Shown: positions 37,513 to 48,036 of the stretch, piece after piece
Layout: the number at the start of each line of letters is the position of its first letter
Numbering within the stretch: the first letter of the stretch is position 1
Source of the DNA: an archaeon
GTDB lineage: Archaea > Nanobdellota > Nanobdellia > Pacearchaeales > GW2011-AR1
Reading direction: 5' to 3'
Length of the DNA stretch: 64,000 bases
NCBI GenBank assembly: GCA_009992175.1
Contig: JAACWA010000010.1
Span: 16,864-80,863, forward strand
Program-made: the position numbers and the translations under genes
Notes under the pieces: model-generated
What the model was told of the DNA's origin: nothing
What the model saw: only the letters and a program-made list of their open reading frames with translations
The model's database searches: none

Positions 37513-38148
37513 TTAATTAATCGCATCAAGCTCAAGGGTCAAAATTCCTTTTACAAGAGAGTACTTTTTAAGAGGAAGATCAATTGGGATTCTTTTTAAG
37601 TATCCTGCTTTATCTGAAACTGCTTTTATTTCAAGGCTATTTTCAAGTTTGATTATTGAAATATCCTTAATTGATTTGACTCCAGGAATTTCCACCTCAT
37701 ATTCAATCTTATCTTCAACCCTTTTAAGTTTAGATTTTGGTTCTTTCTTTTTTACTTTTTTCCATTTTTTTAGATTTTCATCTGAAAACTCTATTGGAAG
37801 AAATTTTAAATTTGGATCCTTTTTTTGGGCATTTTTTTGAGCTTCTTGTGGAAGAATTTCTTTTCCATTTATCATCAATTTCATTTTAGTTTGGGGGGTC
37901 TTTTGATTGCCTTTAAATCCTTTTTGTATTTCTTTTTCAAGCATCTTAAATGTACTGGAAATCATTTTATTTATGATTTTATCCCCAAATCCTTCTATGA
38001 TTCCAGGTTTTTTATTAATGGAATCATCTCTTCCAAGTAGGCCCCATGTCTCATTATAATTTTTTAATTGGCTTCCACAATTAGGGCAGAAGTTCTGTTT
38101 TCTTTTTACAGTTTCTTTACATACTTTACACTTTTTTTTGTTTAACAT
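37513..38148 (-). CDS. zinc-ribbon + Hsp20/alpha-crystallin-like domain protein
   Basis: N-terminal CKVCK...CPNCG; C-terminal DKIEYEVEIPGVKSIKDISIIKLENSLEIKAVSDKAGYLKRIPIDLP resembling the sHSP ACD. Confidence 0.45.
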   Translation of the reverse strand: MLNKKKCKVCKETVKRKQNFCPNCGSQLKNYNETWGLLGRDDSINKKPGIIEGFGDKIINKMISSTFKMLEKEIQKGFKGNQKTPQTKMKLMINGKEILPQEAQKNAQKKDPNLKFLPIEFSDENLKKWKKVKKKEPKSKLKRVEDKIEYEVEIPGVKSIKDISIIKLENSLEIKAVSDKAGYLKRIPIDLPLKKYSLVKGILTLELDAIN

Positions 38149-38269
38149 ATTTTAATTAAGAATTCCCTTTTTAAATTATTTACCCTTTTCAAATGAGGAG
38201 CATTTTAAAGCTTTATGGACTTGAATTCAAAATGGCAGGTTTTTTATATATAATTCTTTTCTTTTTCTA

Positions 38270-40051
38270 ATGGTAAAAAAATTTTATATTACAACCCCCA
38301 TTTATTATCCAAATGATGTTCCTCATATTGGGCATGCATATACTACAATTGTAGCAGATGCCCTTTCACGTTGGAATAAACAAAAAGGAAAAGATGTTTA
38401 TTTTTTGACTGGAACAGATGACCACGGAAAAAAAATTGCTGAAACTGCAAGGGAAGCTGGAAAATCTCCTAAAGAGTTTGTTGATATTTTGGTTCCAAAG
38501 TTTAAGGATGCATGGAATAAGTTAGATATAAAATATGACCGGTTTATTAGAACAACAGATAAAGATCATGAAAAGTTAGTCAAAGAAATGTTACAAAAGT
38601 CATATGACAATGGAGACATTTATCTTGGAAAATATGAGGGACTTTATTGTGTGGGGTGTGAAGCTTATTATACAGAAAAGGATTTGGTTGAAAATTGTTG
38701 CCCAATACATAAAAAACCTGTGGAAAAAGTTAAAGAAGAAAGTTATTTTTTTAGGTTAAGCAAGTATCAAAAAGATTTATTAAAATTATATAAAGATAAT
38801 CCCAAATTTATATATCCAAAAAGTAGAAAACAAGAGATAGTTAATCGTGTTAAAGAGGGATTAAGAGATTTATCCATTTCTAGAACTTCTTTTGATTGGG
38901 GAATTCCATTACCTTTTGATAAAAAACATGTTTGTTATGTTTGGTTTGATGCCCTATTTAATTATCTCTCTGGTTCAGGTAAAAATGAAAAATATTGGCC
39001 TGCAGATCTCCATATAATTGGAAAAGATATTATTTGGTTTCATACCGTTTATTGGCCTGCTTTTTTATTAAGTGTTAATAAAAAATTGCCTAAAGAAATT
39101 TTTGCACATGGTTGGTGGACTTTTGACAGAGAAAAAATTTCAAAATCTCGTGGAAGAGTAATAAATGTTGATGAATTAATTTCTATTACTGGAAACAAAG
39201 ATTCTGTAAGATATTTTTTGTTAAGAGCAACTCCTTTTGGAGATGATGGGGATTTTTCAGAAAAGGTATTAATTGATAGGCATAACAATGAACTTGCAAA
39301 TAAACTTGGAAATTTAGTTAGTCGTGTTTCTGGTTTAATTGAAAAGTTTGGAGTAGAAAAAACAACGAATAAACTTTTGAAAAAATTGGATGAGAAAAAA
39401 ATTAATAGTTTAATGGAAAATTTTGAAGTGGATAAGGCTTTAAACGAAATTTTTAGTTTTATTGATAGATGTAATGAGTATGTTCAAGAAAAAAAGCCTT
39501 GGGAAACAAAAGACAAGAAAATTTTGTTCGAATTAAAGGAGTCTATCTTAAAAATCAGTGAAGTTCTTTTACCATTTATTCCTGAAAGTGCTGAAAAAAT
39601 AAAAAAACAGTTTTTGGCAAAAAAAATTGTTAAAGAAAACCCTCTTTTTATTAAAATTGAAGAGAAAATTGAGGAAAAAGCTAATAAACAAGAAAAGCTT
39701 ATTGGAATTATGGATACTAAAGAAGCAGATTTTTCAGATTGGGAGAAATTAGATTTAAGAGTTGCACAAATAAAAAGTGTTGAAGATGTTGAAGGAGCGG
39801 ACAAACTTTACAAGATTACTCTTGATGTTGGAGAAATTGGTAAAAGAATTATTTGTGCGGGTTTGAAACAGTTTTATTCAAAAGATAAATTAAAAGGCAA
39901 AAGAATAATTTATTTTTCAAACTTGAAACCACGTGTTTTAAGAGGAATTGAGTCTCAAGGAATGCTTCTTGCAGCTTCTAACAAAGAAAGAACAAAAGTT
40001 TCATTAATTGCTCCAGATTCAGAAATTGAGTTAGGTTCAACTATTGGTTAA
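38270..40051 (+). CDS. metG: methionyl-tRNA synthetase with C-terminal tRNA-binding (EMAP-like) domain
   Basis: HIGH region PHIGHAYTT; Zn knuckle CVGCE...CCPIH; KMSKS as KISKSRG. Confidence 0.9.
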   Translation: MVKKFYITTPIYYPNDVPHIGHAYTTIVADALSRWNKQKGKDVYFLTGTDDHGKKIAETAREAGKSPKEFVDILVPKFKDAWNKLDIKYDRFIRTTDKDHEKLVKEMLQKSYDNGDIYLGKYEGLYCVGCEAYYTEKDLVENCCPIHKKPVEKVKEESYFFRLSKYQKDLLKLYKDNPKFIYPKSRKQEIVNRVKEGLRDLSISRTSFDWGIPLPFDKKHVCYVWFDALFNYLSGSGKNEKYWPADLHIIGKDIIWFHTVYWPAFLLSVNKKLPKEIFAHGWWTFDREKISKSRGRVINVDELISITGNKDSVRYFLLRATPFGDDGDFSEKVLIDRHNNELANKLGNLVSRVSGLIEKFGVEKTTNKLLKKLDEKKINSLMENFEVDKALNEIFSFIDRCNEYVQEKKPWETKDKKILFELKESILKISEVLLPFIPESAEKIKKQFLAKKIVKENPLFIKIEEKIEEKANKQEKLIGIMDTKEADFSDWEKLDLRVAQIKSVEDVEGADKLYKITLDVGEIGKRIICAGLKQFYSKDKLKGKRIIYFSNLKPRVLRGIESQGMLLAASNKERTKVSLIAPDSEIELGSTIG

Positions 40052-40361
40052 GATGAAAAACAATAAAAAAAAGAAATTCAGAAAGTTTGATTTTACTCTA
40101 ATTTTATTTGCGATTCTAATTGTTTTTGGGACTATTGTGGGAGTTTATGCAATTGCTTCAAATGGAAATTCTTTAAACAAAAATTCAGAAAATACATGTA
40201 ACTTGTTTCAGAGTCAAATAAATAATTTTGAAAAAATTTATGGAAATAACTTTTTTTCTGAGGGGGATAGAATTTGTTTTGTTCCTTCTGGAATTGGAGA
40301 AATAAAGTGTTTTAGTTCTCTTCCAAAAGACTATACTTCTGAAATGTCTTGTGGAAAATAA
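40044..40361 (+). CDS. hypothetical exported protein
   Basis: Basic N-terminus plus TM, 4 Cys; overlaps the metG end by 8 nt. Confidence 0.35.
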   Translation: MVKMKNNKKKKFRKFDFTLILFAILIVFGTIVGVYAIASNGNSLNKNSENTCNLFQSQINNFEKIYGNNFFSEGDRICFVPSGIGEIKCFSSLPKDYTSEMSCGK

Positions 40362-40468
40362 TTTTTGTATTATATCTTTTATAAGATATACTTTACAAAA
40401 TATGCTTTAAAATGATTTTTTTGAAATAATTATTATTTTATAAACTTTTTTTCTTATTTGAAGAAATA

Positions 40469-40765
40469 ATGGAAGAAGCTTATCTAAAATGTAAATATTC
40501 AGAAGGTCTTTTTTCAGATGAGTATTTTATAAATTTTAAGGGTTCATTTGAAAGAGAGGATAGTTTAGGAGATGGATTTACTGTTATGAAAGAAAGGTTT
40601 ATTGTTAAGGACAAAACTTCAGGGTTAATGCCAATCATAATTGAAACAACTGGGAAACTCACTTCTAAGATCCGTCTTAATGGAATAAAAGACGCTAGTG
40701 CTGGAGCTTTTTTTACAGTTCCAAACGAAGAAATATTCCCAAATAATCCCTTTCCATATAATTAA
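40469..40765 (+). CDS. hypothetical protein
   Basis: 98-aa ORF with no known motif. Confidence 0.3.
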   Translation: MEEAYLKCKYSEGLFSDEYFINFKGSFEREDSLGDGFTVMKERFIVKDKTSGLMPIIIETTGKLTSKIRLNGIKDASAGAFFTVPNEEIFPNNPFPYN

Positions 40766-40768
40766 TTA

Positions 40769-41536
40769 TTAACCAAAAAATCTTTTGAACCTTTCAAAGA
40801 GAGTTTCTTTGTCTTTATCTGAATCATATTCAATTTCTAAAATTCCCGCAGCAATTTCTTTATATGCTCTTGCAGATTTTGATTTTGGATGAACCCAAAC
40901 AAGAGGATTCTTTTTTCTTAAGGCATCTTGAACCAAGATATCTTCAGGAATCATTCCCAAAATAGGGATTTCAAGCATTTCTTTTACAGTTTCAGGAGAT
41001 AGTTCATAATCGTTTTTTCTAACTCTTGTGATAATTATTCCTTTAATTGGTTTTTTAATTCCTTCCGCGACTTTTATTGTTTTTAGTGCATCAGTTATTG
41101 CAGGCATTTCTGGATTTGAAACTAAAATTATTTCATCCGCCATTTCAATTGCAGACATTGCTTCTTTTCCAAGTCCAGCAGAGCAATCAAGTATAACAAT
41201 ATCTGCTAAATTTTGAAATTCTTTTTTAAAATCTTTCAATTTTTCCATTTTAAGTTTTTTTAGTTCTTTAACGGATAGAGAGGAGGGAATAATTTTTATT
41301 CCAGATTCGTGAGTATAGACTGCTTCATAAGGATGAGCCTTCTTTTGGAGAATGTGGTTAAGGTTTATTGGAACTTCTGGAGAATTTAGGTGTATTCCTA
41401 CATTTGGAGTAGACATATTCGCATCAATTATTAAAACATCATGGTTAAAATATTTCATTGCTGTTCCTAGATTTATCGCAGTAGTTGTTTTTCCAACTCC
41501 TCCTTTTCCCGAAGCAATTACAATTATTTTTTTCAT
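40769..41536 (-). CDS. minD: MinD/ParA-family ATPase
   Basis: Deviant Walker A IASGKGGVGKTTTAINLG. Confidence 0.85.
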   Translation of the reverse strand: MKKIIVIASGKGGVGKTTTAINLGTAMKYFNHDVLIIDANMSTPNVGIHLNSPEVPINLNHILQKKAHPYEAVYTHESGIKIIPSSLSVKELKKLKMEKLKDFKKEFQNLADIVILDCSAGLGKEAMSAIEMADEIILVSNPEMPAITDALKTIKVAEGIKKPIKGIIITRVRKNDYELSPETVKEMLEIPILGMIPEDILVQDALRKKNPLVWVHPKSKSARAYKEIAAGILEIEYDSDKDKETLFERFKRFFG

Positions 41537-41976
41537 TTTTCATTTAGCCTTTTTTTAGTCATATCAATAAATTTTTCTAACATCTCAGCATATTCTTTTA
41601 ATTTTTCAAGATTAATATTTATCTCTTTTCCTCTAAAGATTACTTTTAAATTTACATTTTTTCTAAATTCTCCAATTCTTTCAGTTTTTAAGCTTTCAAT
41701 TTTTCTTAACATCATAAAAAAATCAATAGTATCGAGAGAATTTTGATCTTTTTTTAATAATTCTTTTATTTCTGCAATTCTTCCCATTGCATTTTCAGAC
41801 ACTTCTTTCACTTTTCCCCTTCTTTTTGCATCTTTTAAGAGATGAATTATGCAAGTATCAATCATTTTTCTCCACCGAAGTAGAAGGTTCATTATTACAT
41901 CACAAGTTTTGGTGTATTTCAAACTCACATAAAGTAGATGATCCGCACTTATTTTTTCTTGAATTATTTCTTCCAT
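41533..41976 (-). CDS. hypothetical protein translationally coupled to minD
   Basis: 147 aa; 4-nt overlap with the minD start. Confidence 0.4.
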   Translation of the reverse strand: MEEIIQEKISADHLLYVSLKYTKTCDVIMNLLLRWRKMIDTCIIHLLKDAKRRGKVKEVSENAMGRIAEIKELLKKDQNSLDTIDFFMMLRKIESLKTERIGEFRKNVNLKVIFRGKEININLEKLKEYAEMLEKFIDMTKKRLNEK

Positions 41977-42061
41977 TTTTATTTTGTTTTAATTTTGATA
42001 TTTTTCCATTTTTAAATTAGAAATTAACTTTGGAAAGGGTTTAGACCTTTTTATAATTATC

Positions 42062-42391
42062 TTATGAAAGTTCGAGGATTGCTTCGGCTAGGTCTTTTGT
42101 TTTTTCGAGAGTTTCCTTTGCTTTTTTTTCAGAACAGTTAGTTTTTTCCATAACTGTTTTAATATCCTCCGGGGAAATTTCAACCTCCTTTGACTTTTCA
42201 CTTATTTCTCCAGAAATTTGAAAACTTATTTCTCCCTGCATTTTTATTTTCATTATGGTTGGGTTTTCAATAATGGTCAAATTACCATCTTTTTTTTCAA
42301 TTATTACTTTTTCTGCAGAAATTTCTTCTTGAGAGATTCCCATTTTCTTCATCATCCCTTGCATTTGTTTTGGGTTAACTCCTCCGAACAT
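42062..42391 (-). CDS. nac: nascent polypeptide-associated complex protein (NAC alpha)
   Basis: MFGGVNPKQMQGMMKKMG... NAC domain plus C-terminal UBA-like domain. Start set at the internal Met to avoid overlap with secβ. Confidence 0.8.
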   Translation of the reverse strand: MFGGVNPKQMQGMMKKMGISQEEISAEKVIIEKKDGNLTIIENPTIMKIKMQGEISFQISGEISEKSKEVEISPEDIKTVMEKTNCSEKKAKETLEKTKDLAEAILELS

Positions 42392-42392
42392 T

Positions 42393-42575
42393 TTAAATGG
42401 GATATAGAAAGCTAAGACCAATTCTGAGTCCTATTATTAAAATAATAAAAGCCACTACATGAGTTGGTTTTAACATAAATTTACTTGCATATTCTTCTTT
42501 ATAATTTACCAATCCCCCAAATCCAGATGGAAGACTAATTCCTTGATCTTGTGCCATACAAAATTCAAACTTCAA
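42393..42575 (-). CDS. preprotein translocase Sec61 beta-like subunit
   Basis: GGLVNYKEE...KLKPTHVVAFIILIIGL (tail-anchored single TM). Confidence 0.55.
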   Translation of the reverse strand: MKFEFCMAQDQGISLPSGFGGLVNYKEEYASKFMLKPTHVVAFIILIIGLRIGLSFLYPI

Positions 42576-42598
42576 TAGTATAAAAATCTTTTTGTGAA

Positions 42599-45007
42599 AT
42601 GCGGATGTTTTTTAAATTCTCCTTATTTAATTTTTATATGGATTTAAAAGAAATTAAAAGCTGGTCTCCAGAAATTGAATTAAAATTAATTGGTAAATGG
42701 AAAGATTCAAAAATTTTTGAATTCAAAAATAATTCTAAAAATAAAATTTATTCAATTGATACTCCCCCTCCTTATGTTAATGCTCCAATTCATATTGGTC
42801 AAGCTGTAACATACTGTTACATGGATTTTTTTGCGAGATATAAAAGAATGAAAGGTTTTCAGGTCGTTTTTCCATTGGGCCTTGATAGAAATGGTCTTCC
42901 TATTGAAATGGCTGCCGAAAAGAAGTTTAAAATTTCTCCTTTTGAAGCGGGAAGAGAAAAATTTGTGGATTATTGCAAAAAAATTTTAGAAGAAACTTCA
43001 AGCGAAACTTCTGACACTTTTTCAAAATTGGGAATCTCTTTTACTTCTTATAAAGAAGGAAATCATATTGGGGCAGTTTATTTAACTGATTCTCCAGAAT
43101 ATAGGTCTTTGACCCAATTAACTTTTGTAGATTTATTCAAGAAAAATCTAGTTTATGAAGACAAGAGAATAAATAATTGGGATCCAAAACTTAGAACCAC
43201 TCTTGCAGACTCAGAGATAGAGTATAGGGAAGTTGAATCCAGTTTTAATTTTGTAAAATGGAAGGTGAAAGAGACAGGAGAAGAAATTTTGATAGGTACT
43301 ACCCGACCAGAATTAATTTGTACTTGCGGGATGGTCATTTTTAATCCAGAGGACAAGAGATATAAACATCTTGAAGGAAAAACTGCAGTTACCCCTCTTT
43401 TTGAGAAAGAAGTAAAGATAAAAGCTCATCCTTTAGCACAAGAAGATAAAGGAACCGGCCTTGCTATGATGTGTTCAGCGGGGGATTTAACAGATATTCA
43501 ATTTTTTAGGGAAATGAATCTTGTTCCTCAGATTGCAATTGAAGCTGATGGAAAAATGAATAAAATTGCAGGAGTTCTTGAAGGGTTGAAAGTTAGAGAT
43601 GCAAGGAAAAGAATTATTGAGATTCTTAATGAAAAAAATCTTTTAGATAAACAAGAAAAAGTTATGCATAGGACTCCTATTTCTGAAAGAAGTGGTGCAG
43701 AAATAGAGTTTATAGAAATGCCTGAATTTTATTTAAAACAAGTCCAATTTAAAGACAAAATAAAAAAAATTGCTGAGGAAGTTGATTTTTATCCAAAAGA
43801 AATTAAAAAGATTTTGGATGATTGGATTGAATCCATTTCAATAGATTGGCCAATTTCAAGAAGAAGGTATTATGCAACTCCAATCCCTCTTTGGTATTCG
43901 GGAGAGTATATTGCGGTTCCGAATAAAAAAATTTATGTTGAGCCTTGGAGAGAAAATCCCAAAAAAGATTTTGAAGTTTTAAAAGAAGGAAAAGTTGTAG
44001 GCAAAGTAAAAGATTTTCCCAAATTAAAATGGGAAGGAGAAACAAGAGTTTTTGATACTTGGATGGATTCTTCCATATCCGAACTTAATATTTTGAAATA
44101 CAAGGAAAATGATGTTTTTTTTAAAAAAGCTTATCCATGTTCTTTGCGTGCCCAAGGAAAAGAAATTGTTCGAACCTGGTTTTATTATACTCTTCTTAGG
44201 GGTTTTTTAGAAACAGGAAAATCCTCTTTTAAGGACGCATGGATTCACCAACATATCCTTGATGAGAAAGGATATAAAATGTCAAAGTCTAAGGGAAATG
44301 CAATAGATCCCCAAAAACTTTTGAAATTGTATGGGGGAGAAGCAATTAGGCTTTGGGGAGCAACAGAAGGGGATCTTTCAAAACAAGATTTAAAATGTTC
44401 TGAAGAAAGGATTAGGGGTGAAAAGAAAACCATAAACAAAATATTGAATGTTTCTAAATTTGTTATGATGTTTGAAAAAACCAAAAAACCTAAAATAACT
44501 CCCCTTGACCAATTATTTATTGAGTATATTGAAGATTTGACCAAAAGAATAGGTGAAAATTACGACAAATATGATTTTTATAATTCATCGATAGAATTGA
44601 GAAATTTTTTATGGGAAATTTTTTCATCTCATTATGTTGAAATTGTTAAGGGGAGGGCATACAATCAAGAAAAAAATTTCTCAAAAGAAGAATCAGATTC
44701 GGCGAGATGGACTTTACACTTTTTGCTTGAGAGATTTTTAACTCTTATTTATCCTGTTATTCCCCAAGTAACTTTTTTAATTTTAAAAGAAAAAGGAATA
44801 AATATTTTTGAAGAACTTTTTCCTAAAGGAAAAAAGACAAATAAGGATTTAAAATTAATTGGAGAGATTATTAAATTTAATTCAACAGTATGGAAAAAGA
44901 AAAAAGATTCAGGAGTTAGTTTGAAAGATCCAATTCCAGGAATAAAAATTCCTAAAGAGTTAAATATTTTTGAGAAGGATTTAAAATTCGCACACAATTT
45001 AGTTTGA
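42599..45007 (+). CDS. valS: class I aminoacyl-tRNA synthetase, most likely valyl-tRNA synthetase
   Basis: PPPYVNAPIHIGQA (HIGH), KMSKSKGN. Length 802 aa fits archaeal ValRS better than IleRS or LeuRS. True start is probably at MDLKEI (42638). Confidence 0.65.
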   Translation: MRMFFKFSLFNFYMDLKEIKSWSPEIELKLIGKWKDSKIFEFKNNSKNKIYSIDTPPPYVNAPIHIGQAVTYCYMDFFARYKRMKGFQVVFPLGLDRNGLPIEMAAEKKFKISPFEAGREKFVDYCKKILEETSSETSDTFSKLGISFTSYKEGNHIGAVYLTDSPEYRSLTQLTFVDLFKKNLVYEDKRINNWDPKLRTTLADSEIEYREVESSFNFVKWKVKETGEEILIGTTRPELICTCGMVIFNPEDKRYKHLEGKTAVTPLFEKEVKIKAHPLAQEDKGTGLAMMCSAGDLTDIQFFREMNLVPQIAIEADGKMNKIAGVLEGLKVRDARKRIIEILNEKNLLDKQEKVMHRTPISERSGAEIEFIEMPEFYLKQVQFKDKIKKIAEEVDFYPKEIKKILDDWIESISIDWPISRRRYYATPIPLWYSGEYIAVPNKKIYVEPWRENPKKDFEVLKEGKVVGKVKDFPKLKWEGETRVFDTWMDSSISELNILKYKENDVFFKKAYPCSLRAQGKEIVRTWFYYTLLRGFLETGKSSFKDAWIHQHILDEKGYKMSKSKGNAIDPQKLLKLYGGEAIRLWGATEGDLSKQDLKCSEERIRGEKKTINKILNVSKFVMMFEKTKKPKITPLDQLFIEYIEDLTKRIGENYDKYDFYNSSIELRNFLWEIFSSHYVEIVKGRAYNQEKNFSKEESDSARWTLHFLLERFLTLIYPVIPQVTFLILKEKGINIFEELFPKGKKTNKDLKLIGEIIKFNSTVWKKKKDSGVSLKDPIPGIKIPKELNIFEKDLKFAHNLV

Positions 45008-45126
45008 ATATAAATTTTTAAAAACTTGGGAGTTTCTTCTTTAATATGGACTCAGTTGCAAAATTTTTTTATGATGAAAGATAATTTCCTAAGATAAAAT
45101 ATTCTTTTGAGCCTATTGGCAAAATT

Positions 45127-45450
45127 GTGGACACTAGGTTTGGAGATTTGATTGATTCAATACAGACTAATTTGAATTATTACCATGTTCTCAATACTTC
45201 AAACTGGAAAAAGAAGAATGTTCGTTCTTTAGAAATTCTTGCTTTTAGTAGAACAGAAGATAAAGAGGCATTGAAAAATATTTTTTCTTCAATTTTTGTT
45301 AATGATTTTGGAATCACCCCCTATGAAGTTTCATGTAAAGATAAAAAAGATTATTCTCTTATTCAAGAAGTTTTGAGAGAAAAAGGAATAAATAAAAGTT
45401 TATCCCATGGAATTTTAGAGTATTTGATGAATATGAGGTTAATTTTTTAA
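45127..45450 (+). CDS. hypothetical protein
   Basis: ORF only. Confidence 0.3.
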   Translation: MDTRFGDLIDSIQTNLNYYHVLNTSNWKKKNVRSLEILAFSRTEDKEALKNIFSSIFVNDFGITPYEVSCKDKKDYSLIQEVLREKGINKSLSHGILEYLMNMRLIF

Positions 45451-45505
45451 AGTTAGCACCTTGCCTTTCCCAAATATTTAAAATCCCCCTATTTCTTATT
45501 TTAAT

Positions 45506-46600
45506 ATGGCATTACAAGAACCAACAAGAGAAGAATTGAAAGAATTCATTGAATCAATGAAAAATCATCGTGGACGAGCAACCGAGCTTATTACAGTTTA
45601 TATTCCTGCAGGATATGATGTTAATGCGGTTCAACGTCAGCTTGAAGCAGAAAAGTCAACTGCAAAAAATATAAAATCAACTTCTACTAGAAAAAATGTT
45701 TCTGATTCATTGGACAAGATTGTTCGTATCCTCAAAGATTACAAAGTAACTCCTCCTAGAGGAATGGCACTTTTTGCAGGAGATGTTTCACAAGTTGAAA
45801 GTCAATCAGATATTCAAAGTTGGGAGATTAGTCCTCCTGAAGACATTAAAATTAGGCTTTATAGGTGTGACAAGGAGTTTGTTTTAGAACCTTTAGAATC
45901 AATGACTGAAGTTTCAGAAATATATGCTCTTTTAGTAATGGATAGAAAAGAAGCAACTATTGGAAGACTTGTTGGAAAGAGTATTGAAATTTTACAAAAA
46001 ATGAGTTCCGGAGTTCCTTCAAAAGTAAGAGCAGGAGGACAGAGTTCTCAGAGGTTTCACAGAATTACTGAAGGACTTACTAAAGAATTTTATAAAAGAA
46101 TTGCAGACGAAATGAAAAATTTATTTTATGAGGAGGACAAGTTAAAAGGAATTTTAATTGGAGGCCCAGTTCCAACTAAAAATGAATTTGTTGATGGAGA
46201 ATATCTTGCTACAAAATTAAGAGAAAAAGTAATCGGAGTTAAAGATCAAGGAGACACTTCTGAATCCGGACTTCAGGAATTAGTTGGGTTAAGTCAAGAT
46301 GTTCTTGCAAATCAAGAGATAATTTATGAAAAAAAACTTTTAGAAAAGTTTTTTAATAGTTTAGGAAAGGACCCCAAAATGACTCCTTACAAATATGAAG
46401 AAATAAAAAAAGCTTTAGAATTTGGAGCTGTTGACCTTTTAATAATTTCAAAAGAGTTTGATAGGGTAAAAGCTAGTGAATTGAAAAAAATTGCAGGAAA
46501 TATGGGAACTACAATAGAAATGGTTTCAACAGAAACGGATGAAGGAGATCAATTTAACAAACTTTCGGGGATTGGAGCAATACAAAGGTTTGGAATTTAA
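45506..46600 (+). CDS. prf1: peptide chain release factor aRF1
   Basis: NIKS motif (TAKNIKS) and GGQ motif (RAGGQSSQRFHR). Confidence 0.9.
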   Translation: MALQEPTREELKEFIESMKNHRGRATELITVYIPAGYDVNAVQRQLEAEKSTAKNIKSTSTRKNVSDSLDKIVRILKDYKVTPPRGMALFAGDVSQVESQSDIQSWEISPPEDIKIRLYRCDKEFVLEPLESMTEVSEIYALLVMDRKEATIGRLVGKSIEILQKMSSGVPSKVRAGGQSSQRFHRITEGLTKEFYKRIADEMKNLFYEEDKLKGILIGGPVPTKNEFVDGEYLATKLREKVIGVKDQGDTSESGLQELVGLSQDVLANQEIIYEKKLLEKFFNSLGKDPKMTPYKYEEIKKALEFGAVDLLIISKEFDRVKASELKKIAGNMGTTIEMVSTETDEGDQFNKLSGIGAIQRFGI

Positions 46601-47994
46601 TTCTTACAGTCATATACTAAAACTGCATTGTCCTCATTTAAATCATTTGTCACAGAATAGCTTTTTACTTTTTCACAATTATTTTTTATAAATTCCATTG
46701 GAATTGACGCATCAACGTTAATTAGTTCTCCATTAGAAAGAAGGTAACCTTTTACAATCATAAATTTAACTCCCTTAATCTTTTCTACAACATCTGAAAT
46801 TTTAAATTCATTTGTCATGACATTTTTTGGATTAGTATCAATTAAATCTCCTGCAAGTTTTCTTTGGGATTCCAGGGCTACTAAATGGGCTATTTCAAAA
46901 CTTCCAGAAATTGTTTCATTATCTAGGGAATTTTCTTTAACAAAGTTTGAAATTTCTTTATGGAAGGGTATGTTTGAAGCTGAAGAATAATTAAATAAGT
47001 ATATAGTTGAATTAATTAATATCAACAAGATCAGAATTATTGTCAAAACTTTTTTGAAATTTTTAAAATCTTTAAACTCAAAGATTATTTTTGTTGTGAA
47101 TATCGCAAGAAAACCAATTATTAATCCAAAGTAAAGGTAATAGATGTCAGAATAAACAATATAAAGAATAATTGAAAAAACTGTTGCTAAAATTGGAAGA
47201 GCTAATTTTCTTTTTTCTTTATCAAAAAAGAAATAGACTATTGAGCCTAAAATTAAAAACAAATCTCCAAAAATAAAGAATTTTAATACTGAAAACTTAG
47301 AGAGTCCAATACCTGAAATTAACTTTAATCTAAAGAAGAAGATTTGATTTAGATATTCTCCTTTTGAAATTATCTCAAAAAAGAGACTTATCGGAACTAA
47401 TAAACAAAGAGTTCCCAAAATAAATTTGAAGATTTGTTTTCTTTTATATATCCAAAAATAAATTAGTGATCCCAAAACTGGAAATGGGGCATAAAGACGA
47501 GTTAAAATTGCTAAGCTTGCAAAAATTCCTGCAATAAATGGTTTATCGGTTTCAATAAAATAAATCATTCCCAGAATAAAAAAAGTGGTTATGTGAATTC
47601 CAGTCATGTAGTCTGTTGTTAGTAAAATCAAAAAACTGAAAAGGTAAAGTGTTGAAGCAACCAATCCTTCAAAATTTCCAAATTTTTTTTGCATAAATTT
47701 AAAAATAAAGAATGAACTTCCAACTGTTACAATTATGGGAATTAATTTTAGTAAAATCAAATTTTCTCCAGTAAAAATTTTCATTATTGAAATTAAATAA
47801 ATTTGAAGGGGGGGGCTTGCAAAGAAAAAGTCTCGATATGGAACCATTCCTTCTAAAATTGATTTTGCCATATACATATAGATATATCCATCACTAAACT
47901 TGAATTTAAGTTCAAAAATTTTTAAAATAAAAAAGAGAGAACTAATTATCCAAAATAAGAATTCATATTTATTTTTTATTCTCATTTTAAACAA
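46597..47994 (-). CDS. GT-C fold glycosyltransferase (ArnT/PMT-like) polytopic membrane protein
   Basis: 465 aa, more than 10 TM, soluble C-terminal domain. Confidence 0.55.
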   Translation of the reverse strand: MFKMRIKNKYEFLFWIISSLFFILKIFELKFKFSDGYIYMYMAKSILEGMVPYRDFFFASPPLQIYLISIMKIFTGENLILLKLIPIIVTVGSSFFIFKFMQKKFGNFEGLVASTLYLFSFLILLTTDYMTGIHITTFFILGMIYFIETDKPFIAGIFASLAILTRLYAPFPVLGSLIYFWIYKRKQIFKFILGTLCLLVPISLFFEIISKGEYLNQIFFFRLKLISGIGLSKFSVLKFFIFGDLFLILGSIVYFFFDKEKRKLALPILATVFSIILYIVYSDIYYLYFGLIIGFLAIFTTKIIFEFKDFKNFKKVLTIILILLILINSTIYLFNYSSASNIPFHKEISNFVKENSLDNETISGSFEIAHLVALESQRKLAGDLIDTNPKNVMTNEFKISDVVEKIKGVKFMIVKGYLLSNGELINVDASIPMEFIKNNCEKVKSYSVTNDLNEDNAVLVYDCKN

Positions 47995-48036
47995 AATAAT
48001 AACAAGTTTTTTAATTCTTCTTTTCCCCTATTTTGA

